Source: Octopus bimaculoides (lineage: Eukaryota). From it: a DNA stretch of 64,000 nt. Location: positions 19,334,606-19,398,605 of the forward strand of contig NC_068990.1 in the NCBI RefSeq assembly GCF_001194135.2, given 5' to 3'. The notes below the pieces were generated by a model that saw only the letters and a program-made list of their open reading frames with translations, searched no databases and was not told where the DNA came from. The position numbers were made by a program, and so were the translations under genes. Positions within the stretch are counted from its first letter, which is position 1. Each line of letters opens with the position of its first letter. Shown in pieces: positions 51,698 to 63,963 of the stretch.

Positions 51698-51909
51698 TTT
51701 TATCTTTTACTTGTTTCAGTCATCAAATTAGGGTCATGCTGGGGCACTGCCTTGCAGAAATTTTAGTTGAATGAATGAAACAGACTCTGTTTTTTTTTTT
51801 TGTTTTAAAGTCTGGTACTTATTTTATCGTTATGTTTTGCTGAACCGCTAGTTACGGGGAGTTAAGCACAAGGGCACCCCTTGTCAGGTGGTCGTGGCGA
51901 ACAAACGCA

Positions 51910-51915
<6 letters not shown>
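51698..51915 (-). mobile_element. SINE family A 3' half
   Basis: TTTTACTTGTTTCAGTCAT...CATGCTGGGGCACTGCCTTG...GGTACTTATT...GTTACGGGG. Confidence 0.78.
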
Positions 51916-51984
<69 letters not shown>

Positions 51985-53619
51985 CAGGAGGTAGATAGAT
52001 ACCTAGATAAATACATATATATATATATATATAGATAGATAGATAGATGGATGGATTTGGTTTCGTTTCCAAACATTGGGACAGATTGTGAATTATTACG
52101 TCAGCATTGAGACGTACCTAACATATTTACTGATGACTCTGAGATAGAGTTACAATATAGCAATAGAAAATTATTTGACCCTGTGAGAAATATAAAACTA
52201 TTTGCATAGCACTACCGGTAAAAATTCCAAAGTTAGTTTGAAAATGCAAGATGGTTGCATTTGATTCGTGCGATTGAATCAGAATCCACATTTTATTGAA
52301 GGTTCAATCTGTGGAAAAATTGCTGACAGTTATATTTTTACGTTTCTATTTGGTGAGTTCTTTCTCTACTATGGTTCTCGTTACACCAGGAAGTAATCTT
52401 AAAACTCTCTCCTTCTCACACACTATCAGTCTCTCTCTCTCTCGTTTTTTTTCTCTTTCTCTTTGCATCTATTTTCAACTAACCAGTATTGTCCAATGCT
52501 AAACACGTTATATATCTGTTTCTCTCTACTCGTTCCATAATCTAACACTTTAACTATATAACTTAACAGCTACTCGTTTCCTCTAGCACTCGCGGCTAAC
52601 ATTCTTTTCTCCCTTCAATTAACTACTTCACAGCGGCAAATGTTTGGCCTTAGCGTATCAATGTATCAATATAGCGATGGTTTCAATATACTTTCTACTG
52701 TAGTGTAATTAATTAATTTATGGATGTTCTATCATAACTGTTCTGATTATACCAATCAGCGGTCTAGAAATGAAGGGTATATATGATCATTTACCCATAA
52801 ATGTGTGACAATTATTTAGTTTAGAGTTTAACAAAAGCAAGTCATTAGATATAAGAATTTTCACTGGAGCAAATCTCTTCCTATTTCACAAGTAAGTTAA
52901 AGAAAGTGATGTATCAAACCGAAATCAGTTGTATATTGTGAATACTAGTTGCGCATGCACGTTATTTCAATGCACATACATATCTTTTAAAACACACGCA
53001 CGTTTCATTTTAATTATAACTACAACACATTGCACGCACAATTAATTGACATTCACGGGCAGAATGTACGTTAAAAGCCTTGCAGTTAATTATATTCAAT
53101 GTGGACGTCGAGAATAAGTTTCCTAATTTCTAAACATTGACAAACCGTGCAAGTAATACTGACCGCTGAAAGCTATAATATAAAACGGAGGTATCTCTCC
53201 TACCAATCTATATAACTGGCATTTAAGATTATTAGCTACCTGAATAAAATTTTACACCATGTAAAATTACAGTGTATTTGTACAGACACAAAAGAACGCG
53301 TTATGCGTATAATGTTTTCTAAGTATATATTGTCTAAAACATTATTGGTGCAGATAAAAGACTTTATTAGCCAAGCGACTTATAGATCATCAGAGCATGT
53401 GTATGGCAATGTTTTAGTGAATAATTTATTCATTACCTCTCAGTATTGGGAACGTCAGCAATGCTAAGTAGATTACATTATCATGTTGATGCTTATTTTC
53501 AGATGCGCCAGTATCATATCATTTTCAGTATCATTTCAATATCATATCATTTTCAACCGATACAGTTCACCTGGGTTTTTATTATTATCTTTGAAGCTTA
53601 GCAGCATTTCTTCCAGCTT

Positions 53620-53702
53620 AACATTCTAAGTTCGAATCCCGCCAAGGTTGACTTTTCTTTCATACATTTGTGGGTCGATGAAATAAGTACCAGTTACGCA
53701 CG
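53620..53702 (+). mobile_element. SINE family B fragment
   Basis: AGTTCGAATCCCGCCAAGGTTGAC...GGGTCGATGAAATAAGTACCAGTTACGCAC. Confidence 0.75.
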
Positions 53703-53745
53703 CAAAGGATTAATATTAAACTAAAAAGGATTAATATTATTAATG

Positions 53746-53886
53746 GAAGGCGGTGGACTGGCAGAATCATTAGCACGCTGGACAAAGTGCTTAGCAGTAT
53801 TTCGCCCCTCGCTACGTTCTGAGTTCAAATTCCGCCGAGGTCAACTTTGCCTTTCATCCTTTCGTGGTCGATAAATTAAGAACCGG
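53746..53886 (+). mobile_element. SINE family B, 3'-truncated
   Basis: GGCGGTGGACTGGCAGAATCATTAGCAC...GAGTTCAAATTCCGCCGAGGTCAAC...GGTCGATAAATTAAG. Confidence 0.85.
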
Positions 53887-55326
53887 AAATGTGGCTGGGT
53901 ACCACTTGTAGACCTATGTGTCTAATCTCTCGCGTCCAATTATACTTTGAGATTCCCTACAATCTAGCCTTCGATCAGAAAGTACCCATTTATCATGTCT
54001 CCGAGTCTTGGGGAGAAATTCTGCAATTTTTATAGTTAATAAGGATCTTTACCCATAGGTAACTTACGAACTCTGTTAATCTTTACACTTATATCTGGTG
54101 CCATTCATTGAAACCAATGAAGATTAAACGAAAGTGACATGCACTAGATACCAACAGTTTCAAGCTTATCTTCGTGAAAGCTAACATGTACAGGGTATCA
54201 AAATCGTGAAGATATTTGGTGGATGACTCGTGAGGGATTTAAACATGTCCGTAGCTATCATGCGAGCTTTATCTTGCTTTGTATGTTCCTTTGCTATCCT
54301 CCTGTACCGTATTATTATCACAATTTTACAACTAGATGTTGTAGCTTCTATCAGTAAGCTACCTGGAGTGGGAAGAATGTTTAAACTGTAACATCCACAT
54401 TACAACGGGAAAATAGACGACAAGAATACCAGCAAATATTGTATACTACTTTTAGAAGGCACGTTCGAATATCTACGCGAATGCGGTATTTGCCTGTTGA
54501 GCAGTGCCTATGATCAGGTATCTATTCATAGCTACAACTGATTCACTTCGCTCCGTCCAATAATACAATTGAGAAAATGAAAGGGGTGTCATGAACACTC
54601 TTTTCCTATTTTTTTTCAAGTATGCAACAACATGATACCACAAAAATCAATATATAGATCATTCCGCTAATGCCTATGCAAAAGCACATGAACGTCACAC
54701 AATCTTAATTTCCTCTCCTTTAAAATTGTGGCAGGTAAGGTATGATTATACAGAAGCATGTCCCCATGTTTTTCTATCAAGTTTGTATTTTATTTCCGCA
54801 TAAATACAGAAACGCCGAGGGCGTTATAGATATTTACTTATATTATTCATTCACAGCTCATAGCTTTATTGATATTTTCAGTTAAGGTATAAATATATTT
54901 CCTTACAAGTAATAGCATATACCTCGTCGTTGCGTATCATCTTGCATATACCTATATTTTTTTTCTGTTTTCTGTGGGTAATGGTTTTCGTAGCACAAGC
55001 ATAAAGGCTGCCAATTCACCTAGGGCAGATCTGATAAATGTTGAGCTTCAATTATGGCCTACGTATTGTGGGATCGTACATCTATTTACATGATATACAT
55101 ATTATTTACTTATGTACTTTTATGCGATGGGTAAGAGGTGGAGTTGTAAGAAGCCATACAAATACAAATAGATTTAAAGAAAGTAATATATATGAGTAAT
55201 TATATACGTATGCAGAAACATATACATGCGTAGGGGCAGATGTATGTATACAGAACATGCAAGGACAAGCAGACATGCTCTTAAACATCACATTAGCATA
55301 TATGCATCTTTCAAACCCTCATTATC

Positions 55327-55333
<7 letters not shown>

Positions 55334-55412
<79 letters not shown>
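55334..55412. repeat. (CT)n microsatellite
   Basis: Direct reading. Confidence 0.97.
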
Positions 55413-55415
<3 letters not shown>

Positions 55416-55748
55416 CTTGTGTGTATATATATAAATACATATGTATATCTGTGTGTGTATGTATAGGTATGTATATATATATATATATATGTACACGCAA
55501 ACACTCACACACGTGCGCATACTACATAAATACAGAATTTGTCGCTGAAGAGATCACAGATGTGTGACGAAAGATTTCAGGGCAATGGACATGAGTTAGA
55601 ATAGGACCAGTAATAACCGAGTGAAGAATTAATATATAGTGCGTGTGTTTATTTGGCGAAAATATAAAAATTACCATCCCGAAATACAACAATATCTCTT
55701 TCAACACACGGTTTCACATCAGAAATATATATANNNNNNNNNNGTGTG

Positions 55749-55784
<36 letters not shown>

Positions 55785-55802
55785 GATTTATATTTAGACA
55801 TA

Positions 55803-55960
55803 GCACTATGATTAAGAAGCTCGCTATGGAACCAGGTCGCATCGGTTTATGTTCTACTGCTGTGCAGCACCTTGGGCAAGTGTCTTCTACCACAGCTCAA
55901 ACCCACCAACGCATTGTAAGTAAACTTGAATCTATGTGGAAAGCCGTCTTATATGTCTAC
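55803..55960 (+). mobile_element. SINE family A, old 5' half
   Basis: GCACCTTGGGCAAGTGTCTTCTAC core with a degenerate head. Confidence 0.68.
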
Positions 55961-56085
55961 GTCTGTGGCTGTGTGTGTGTCTATCTATGTGTGTGCGCGT
56001 GCGGGCGTGTTTTAAAGTTTTGATTCCTTTTCAATGAAGAGCTTAGGTGATATCTAAATAGCAAGTCATCGGTCGTATTTATATA

Positions 56086-56824
56086 TTGAGTCATCCCATA
56101 AATAATGCAGTTCTTTTTAAATACTTCTTTTATCTTACAAAATTAAGATAAACAAAGTTGTTTTTTAATCTAAAATATTCTCTCCTTCATTTTCTACAAT
56201 GTTCTTCCATCTCTCTTCCAAAATTCACTCGTCCGTGGCGAAAATTACTCCTTCAGTACTGTTCTGACCTCGTCTACAGAGTTCATATTTTATCCGTCCA
56301 AATGATTTTGAAGACTGCTGAATAAATCATAATCAGATGGGGAAATGTCCGGCGAATGTGGTAGGTGTGGCATCATTTCCCATTCAAAGTGCTCCATCCT
56401 TTGGAATGTTATCCTCGCTGTATATAGCCGAGCATTATCCTAATGGAAGAACACATTTCGTCTTGAACCCAAGGATTGTCGTTTTTCTTCTAGCGTCTTC
56501 TTGGCTGTAGCTTCCGGTTCGGAATTTCTGGAATAACCGTTGACCCTGACTTACGCATATTGTCCGTTCCTCATATACTACTTACCGTTTTTTCGTTGTT
56601 GCTTTTATTGAACTCATAAAACAAAATATGTCACTTCCATTATAGCTTTGAAAAATTAACTATTAAAATCGAACTGCACTCCTCAAAATTAGCACTAACA
56701 ATAACGTTAAGGTAACATTACTACCTGCTTTTATAGAAAGTTGACTCAGGTAGTTTATCCTGTCCCCCTCCGACTTTTAGTTCATGCAATTGAAAAAAAC
56801 CGCATTATTTATGAGATGATCCAA
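56086..56824 (-). mobile_element. Internally deleted mariner element with both TIRs and TA TSDs
   Basis: TIRs TTGAGTCATCCCATAAATAATGCAGTT (56086-56112) and the reverse complement at 56798-56824 (23/27 match), each flanked by TA. Minus translation gives N-terminal LFYEFNKSNN...YEERTICVSQGQRLFQKFRTGSYSQEDAR fused near 56490 to C-terminal LEEKRQSLGSRRNVFFH*DNARLYTAR...WEMMPHLPHSPDISPSDYDLFSSLQNHLDG (cf. HDNARPH and YSPDLAPSD). Confidence 0.92.
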
Positions 56825-56963
56825 TATAACGTATTATTACAGTATACGTTATATTATATTTATGGGATGGCCCAATATTATGGGATGACCCAATATTATG
56901 GGATGGCCCATATTATATATATGGTATGACCCAATATAACGTATTACTACAGAATACGTTATA
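56825..56963. repeat. Array of mariner TIR-tip copies and two duplicated hairpins
   Basis: TTATGGGATG(G/A)CCCAATA at 56860-56877, 56878-56895 and 56896-56912, plus a fourth tip at 56921-56936; hairpins TATAACGTAT-9nt-ATACGTTATA at 56825-56853 and 56935-56963. Confidence 0.88.
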
Positions 56964-57021
56964 TATATAGCCGTTAATCTATACTGTGACAACGAACCGC
57001 ATATGTTGTGTACATATATTG

Positions 57022-57236
57022 CATTCTACTATAGGCACAAGGCCTAAAATTTGAGGGAGAGGCAAGTCGATTACATCGAATCCCGTGTTCAACTGCTACT
57101 TACTTCATCGACGCCGGAGGGATGAAAGGCAAAGTCGACCACGGTGGAATTTGAACTCAGAACTTAAACATAGACGAAATGGTGTTTGGCATTTTGCACG
57201 GCGTGCTAACGATTCTCTGAGCTTGCCGCCCTTTGA
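57022..57236 (-). mobile_element. SINE family B (B2) with probable 12-bp TSD
   Basis: Full family B sequence; flanks GTACATATATTG (57010-57021) and GTGCATATATTG (57237-57248). Confidence 0.88.
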
Positions 57237-58099
57237 GTGCATATATTGTGTGTAGATATGAATCTACGCATATAATATGCTAAATATAAATCATCGCTAC
57301 TAAGTGTGCTTCTATTTAATTAATTCCAGCTCGTCAAACCTTTGCACATATCATCAAAGTTATCATTTGGTGTTTAAATTTCAGATCAACTGTTCTTAGG
57401 GAGCTGTGGATGATAGATTCAGTGTCCATTATTGATGAAAGATAGCAGTATAAACTATGGTCCGATGACATCATTTGTAACTCAGTTACTTGTTTTCACA
57501 AATGTTTTCTGTAAACACATTGTCTCTTCCGAGGGAGTATCCTCAGCATACATCTGAAAACGAACGCGTTATATATAACTCTATATCTGTACATCATATC
57601 TTATACAAAATAGCGATGAACGATTAAGGATTAAAAGTCCTTCCTACAAACGTATATGACACGACGCGTTCTCAAATCAATGAACCACTTTTTCAAATTC
57701 TTCAAATTCCTCATTATCTAAAACGGATTCTTCTTCAGCATGCATTTTCGTGATTCTAATGATGGGGCTGGCACAGCTTGTGTAAACGTAACAGCTGGAC
57801 TAATGTTTTCTTTTTTCTGTGCCAGTATTTCTCCGTTCAAGCAATGAAATATTTCCTTGCCTATCAACCTTTTGTCGTTAACAAGTTCATCGACAGGAAA
57901 ATGATGTTCATTTGTAGGGCTAATAACTCCATCATAAAATTTGTTTAAAATGTATTCTAGGCAAAAATCAATTAATAATTTCATGCATGACTTTCTTGAG
58001 ATATGTAGCCCACAAAATTGACTACTCGGTTACAAAGATTGCTCGTACATACGCACTCAGTATTCTTGAGATATGATGTATGTATAGTTTCAGACGAAT

Positions 58100-58330
58100 T
58101 GCTGCGTGGTTAAGATACCATCAGCTAAGATGGAGTTAAGTTTGATACTAGTCGTTGGATGGTTTTAAAGCTGCATTTAGTTACATCATGACTGGAATAA
58201 TACAATATGTCTTTGTCACACCGTGTTATAGTGATGCCGCCTCAGAATTACGTTAATGGATCAGGCGTGTTTGCAATGCAACTGTCATTATTTGATGATT
58301 CAATGAACAGGTACTTTAATTGATCGAATA
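58100..58330 (+). mobile_element. Possible old tRNA-headed SINE of another family
   Basis: A-box-like GCGTGGTTAAG and B-box-like GTTTGAT followed by unique sequence; very degenerate, with no second copy in the window. Confidence 0.3.
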
Positions 58331-58467
58331 ACTAAATATTCCTATTCGAAACCCTCAGAAGATTTTCAGTCTGTAAACTGTAATTTGGAAAATAACTAAA
58401 TAAATAAACGGAGGATCAGCGCATTGCATAATGCAGACATAGATCCACAGTATCTAAGTACAAAGCC

Positions 58468-58471
<4 letters not shown>

Positions 58472-58513
<42 letters not shown>

Positions 58514-58523
58514 NNNNNNNNNN

Positions 58524-58568
<45 letters not shown>
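58472..58568. repeat. (GA)n microsatellite spanning a 10-nt gap
   Basis: Direct reading. Confidence 0.95.
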
Positions 58569-58570
<2 letters not shown>

Positions 58571-60420
58571 ATAACAGACTCCACAAGATTGTCACACACT
58601 GAACGTATTGATCGTACTAAAGTTTAATCAGGTTTAATATGAGAATAAATAGCAAACAGAATTCAACTTCTTCCATGGAGTGTGCGGATGTGATGACAGT
58701 ATAGAATGCATGCACCACATCCTGATTTGTAGACTGAGATGTTATCGATTCAGTCACGTATTTCCCTCAAGCATAATTATTTATTAGAATGTAATCAAAG
58801 TCTAGCGGAGCATATTCAGTGCAAAATTAAGATAATGAAAAGTATTTGAGTACGGGGAGAAAATGCGCATAATGGAGTAGAGAATACAGATTTCGGGTGA
58901 AGACATCCATTGTAGATACAGTTCATCGTTGTATAATACTCCGTTCTACAAATGGCACAATGTCAGTAAATTGGGAGGAAGGGCTAGTCGATTGTGCCTT
59001 TAACGCCGGGACCGGGGCATTGTTGCGCAAGATAACTATTTCGAAGAAAATCATGTTAAGACTTACGTAAATAAGTTACTTTTATTAGACCTAACTAGTT
59101 CGGGGCCTTTTTGATACGACCTCGGTTATGGGTGTATGTGTGTATATATAATACACATGAAACATATAAGCTTACATATATCTATCTATGTACATATACA
59201 TTTATATATCACTATCTTTCTGTTTGTCTCTCTTTCTCTCTCTCACTACCAACACACACACACGCACTCTTTCACAAACACACACACACAAACACAATAT
59301 ATTTAAAGGGCACAATGCATGAGTTTAAGCGCTACTAATAGCTTGAAATGCTGAGAGATACTCAAACATATTCTTCCGGCGCAAACCTCATATCATAACG
59401 AGTACTGTTTGTTCCTGAATTTGCTATCACGGAACAGTACATTATATATATATATATNNNNNNNNNNNNNNNNNNNNNNNNNNNNNNNNNNNNNNNNNNN
59501 NNNNNNNNNNNNNNNNNNNNNNNNNNNNNNNNNNNNNNNNNNNNNNNNNNNNNNNNNNNNNNNNNNNNNNNNNNNNNNNNNNNNNNNNNNNNNNNNNNNN
59601 NNNNNNNNNNNNNNNNNNNNNNNNNNNNNNNNNNNNNNNNNNNNNNNNNNNNNNNNNNNNNNNNNNNNNNNNNNNNNNNNNNNNNNNNNNNNNNNNNNNN
59701 NNNNNNNNNNNNNNNNNNNNNNNNNNNNNNNNNNNNNNNNNNNNNNNNNNNNNNNTATATATATATATATGCGGCTGTTATCGTGTCATTTCTTCTAAGT
59801 CATCTAATGAACGTGCGTGGCACATCAATTATAATTTTTGTAACAGTTTGCTCTCGCTTTCTGGTTCCAGTCTCGCAGCTTTCCTTCCTCCTGCCGGGAA
59901 TCAATTCCAAATTTCATAAAAAACTACCGTATTCGACTATCCTTGAAACTGCTAATGATCAACACAGACACCCAAGTTCATCGAAACGCCTACTGACTTA
60001 TATTCCAGATATTTTGATTCATTAGTGTTGTCGGCACAGCAGAGCTAAAGAAAACTTTAAACTTCAGTCGTAAAATCATACGGAATTTCAACGAAACATT
60101 TTGTGTTGCTTTGAACACAATTGATTTTACGCTCATCAGAGCATCTTATTTATCGTCAGCCTTCGTATCATTTTCATCCCTGTCATACCGAAACACATCT
60201 CATCTTTTGCTGCTGTATCTCGGCCTCATCAACAGTCACTCACATCATAAACTTTCGTGACGATGAGACATTGCACTGCGATATCTAGAACACGGAGCTG
60301 TCTCATCTTTACACACACACACACACACACATACATATATATGTATATATATATGTGCACACACGCAGAGAGGAAGCCACACACACACATATATATTCTA
60401 AATATATATGCATGTATGTA

Positions 60421-60467
<47 letters not shown>

Positions 60468-62005
60468 ATATATATATATATACATAATTATGAGTTAAAG
60501 GTTATGCAACTGTCTTAGGGATTAATATATCTGTAGGCACTACTGGTGTATTACCTAATTATGTATAGGCCTTGCTGTAAGGCTAACAGTAGATAGCAAT
60601 TTAAAGGGTAAACCGTGGTTTAATATATTCAGATATGATAAGAGAAGAAATAGAGCAACATGTAACAATTAGTTGATCATTAGTATTGAATGATCATAGT
60701 TTAATTATGGTTAAGATAACATTTACAGCTGTTTCAGTTTGTGTTTTTAAGGTAAAGTTTTGCTTACCTCGTTCCATGTAACAAACATCATCAGAATCAT
60801 TTGAATTTTACCAGAGGAATATTGACGGAAAATCGAAAGTTGACAGGAGAAGAAAAGGAAAAAAAAAAAAAAGAAAAGGAAACGAATGAAGAAAAGGGAA
60901 AGGCTCGCTAGGACTTTAGAGTTACATTTTTGCGTCCTTAAAAGATGGAACCAGTGCGTACAGTTGCATCTAGTAGATGAATGAAGCAGTAAGTGAAGAA
61001 AGTGACTAGTTCACCGGCGGTGTTAGTCGAATGAGTTTTACCTGGTAGTAATATCCAGTATCATTAATCGTAACAAATAACGCTATTCGAGTCCGCTAGA
61101 TAAGTCACTATGATTACAAATAATGCCCTCCTTAGAAAATTAAGGACACTCTTAAAAGTTTAAGTGCGATCTATGGTATATGACTGGGTTACGTGAATAG
61201 GTATAACATATAAAAAATTATTGTTGTGTGTGGCTAGGGTTTACAGCTCGTTAATATAACTAAAACAAATTAACTCGGGTAGAGTAGGATAAATCGCTCG
61301 TTTAATTGTATATATGTTAATAGCAGCACTTGAAATTAGTATGCTAGTCAGTGATTTGAATTTAATGTGAATATATTCATGAGAATTATAGCTCCGTGTG
61401 TACACCGTGCATCTAAGGTAAATATTTCAGTTAGTCTAAGTAAATTGAATATAATTGTGATTTATGATATTATGTCGAGCTAGTGGTAAGGAGGGGGTCA
61501 AAGGGAGGTAATCAGAGGTTAGACAAGTCAGCTAATAAACTGTAATGTAATGTAGGTATTAACTTAGAGAATATGAATTTATCTTTATGTAAGGATGCTA
61601 GTTTTTCTCATCTCGTTTATTAAGCAATTATGATTTGACCATGAAAATGAAGAATTTCTCATTTATGCATAAATTACAGCGATTATTTTTAAGTTTCTAT
61701 AAAGGTGTTATGTCTAGGATACACCATTCTAATCTATAATTAATTTTATTATCTTTAAGTTCCCAGATGTAACTGCTAAATCAGGTAGAATTAGCCTTAT
61801 TTCTATTCCTAAAGCTTGAGAGATGGGAATTATATCTAAGTTTCATTTCATTTTTAGTTGCTATTATATAAATATTCTTTTAATTATTAGAGAATACATC
61901 ACATTAGCAGATTACATTCTTAGTTTTACATTTATTAATGAATTCACAAGCGTCTTACCACACAGTAACTGATGCGCATATAAATATGCTTATATATGTA
62001 TATAA

Positions 62006-62049
<44 letters not shown>

Positions 62050-62050
<1 letters not shown>

Positions 62051-62222
62051 AACGACAGTCTTCTTTAAGTCTCCGTCTACGAAATGCACTCCTAATGGTT
62101 TGCTGCGTTAGGACCTTTAGTACAAGACGTTTACCGAATGTGCGTCGCAGTAGTACTGAACCTGAAACCATGTAGTTGGAAAGCAAGTTTCTTACTATTA
62201 CCATATAACTAGGCCTGCGCCT
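62050..62222 (-). mobile_element. SINE family A, degenerate 5' half
   Basis: CTCCGTCTACGAAAT...GTACTGAACCTGAAACCATGTAGTTGG...GGCCTGCGCCT, followed on the element strand by (CA)n. Confidence 0.72.
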
Positions 62223-62624
62223 ATTCACACGGATACACACATACACATATATACGCACACATACATGTGTGTATATACATATGTAAGCCTACGATTATCG
62301 TTGCATCTGCTTACAGGAATGTGTGCGCGCCTGTGTCTCCCTCCACATGTGAGTATTTGCAAAGTAGAGGAAAGATACAAGTGTATCTTATATAGAAATG
62401 TGGAAAATAGATATCAAAGCAACTGGTGCATAATTCGGATACGCATCTCTGTAGAAAACAAACATAAAGAAATGTCAAGCTGCACATTATATTTGACAGA
62501 AGATAACGCCAACAAAACAACAGCAATATTAGCCAGGAAAAATAATCAACAGTGACAACATCAAATGTAATAACGACAGCAGCAATAAATAGGCATATGC
62601 ATATACACGTCCATACATACACGC

Positions 62625-62673
<49 letters not shown>

Positions 62674-63410
62674 NNNNNNNNNNNNNNNNNNNNNNNNNNN
62701 NNNNNNNNNNNNNNNNNNNNNNNNNNNNNNNNNNNNNNNNNNNNNNNNNNNNNNNNNNNNNNNNNNNNNNNNNNNNNNNNNNNNNNNNNNNNNNNNNNNN
62801 NNNNNNNNNNNNNNNNNNNNNNNNNNNNNNNNNNNNNNNNNNNNNNNNNNNNNNNNNNNNNNNNNNNNNNNNNNNNNNNNNNNNNNNNNNNNNNNNNNNN
62901 NNNNNNNNNNNNNNNNNNNNNNNNNNNNNNNNNNNNNNNNNNNNNNNNNNNNNNNNNNNNNNNNNNNNNNNNNNNNNNNNNNNNNNNNNNNNNNNNNNNN
63001 NNNNNNNNNNNNNNNNNNNNNNNNNNNNNNNNNNNNNNNNNNNNNNNNNNNNNNNNNNNNNNNNNNNNNNNNNNNNNNNNNATATATGTATTGGAGTGCA
63101 GCCAAATTGAAGCAATGCTTCAAGGGGCTGAACCGAGGAAATCGATTCCGGTACATATTTTTACAATTTTGGTACTTAAAAATCACGGTACTTTTCCTGA
63201 ACCGTTATATAGTAGAGGCAGAAAAGAACCATATTTCAATATTGGATGAAGAAACGCAAAACAAAGACAAACACTCATTCATGCAGACACACACACATAA
63301 ACAAGTAGAAAAGAAACACACACACACACAAACACGCACACACTCACACACACACACACGCCCTTTACGTTACCATCATCGAATTTAGAAGATATATATG
63401 TACACATACC

Positions 63411-63720
63411 AGTGGCCCAGTGGTTAGCGCAGCGGACTCGCGGTCGGAGGATCGCAGTTTCGATTCCCAAACTAAGCGTTGTGTGTGTTTATTGAGCGAA
63501 AACACTTAAAGCTCCACGAGGCTCCGGCAGGGGGTGGTGGCCACACCTGTTGTACTTTTTCGCCCCCACTTTCTATCACTCTTTCTTCCTGTTTCTTGAG
63601 TAACGATGTGATGGACTGGCGTCCCGTCCATATGGGGAGAACACATAAACTATAGAAACCGGGAAACCAGGCCCATGAGCCTGGCTAGGCTTTAAAAGGG
63701 CGCATAAATAATAATAAATA
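63411..63720 (+). mobile_element. V-domain tRNA-derived SINE, well preserved
   Basis: Canonical A box TGGCCCAGTGG (63413-63423) and B box GTTTCGATTCC (63457-63467); GTGATGGACTGGCGTCCCGTCCA (63608-63630) matches the V-SINE central motif GCGATGGACTGGCG.CC.GTCCAGGG; (AAT)-type tail. Confidence 0.85.
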
Positions 63721-63963
63721 GCAGATATCTTTAGTAGCTGTTTATCAAATTAATTCTCAAGGTATTGATCGACGTGTGGCTATTGTAAAATACTCTTGCC
63801 AAAGGTACTCTTCAGTTGAACTGAATCCGTGTGTATTATGTATATCAAAATTTATATAGATACATTCATGTATACATATACATACACATACAAACACACG
63901 CTCTCATATACACACTCATATCCACACATATACTTAAATATATATATATATATATGTATACAG

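Noticed and set aside
52125-52160. CTGATGA-CTCT/AGAG hairpin as a hammerhead (similar CTGATGA at ~73, ~7526 minus, ~49081)
   Set aside because: No GAAA follows helix II, and CTGATGA alone is expected several times by chance.
56860-56936. CRISPR-like direct repeat array
   Set aside because: The repeats abut without unique spacers, match the adjacent mariner TIR, and lie in a eukaryotic context with no cas genes.
57718-57984. 88-aa minus ORF, and a similar-looking start at 30796-30993
   Set aside because: No motif could be recognised, the length is within chance expectation, and the apparent similarity is limited to about 15 nt.
1059-63470. Most ORFs in the supplied six-frame track (poly-VC, -YI, -HT, -SL, -ER, X-runs)
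   Set aside because: They are translations of (TG)n, (TA)n, (CA)n, (CT)n, (GA)n and N gaps, or of SINE bodies, which lack stops for compositional reasons.
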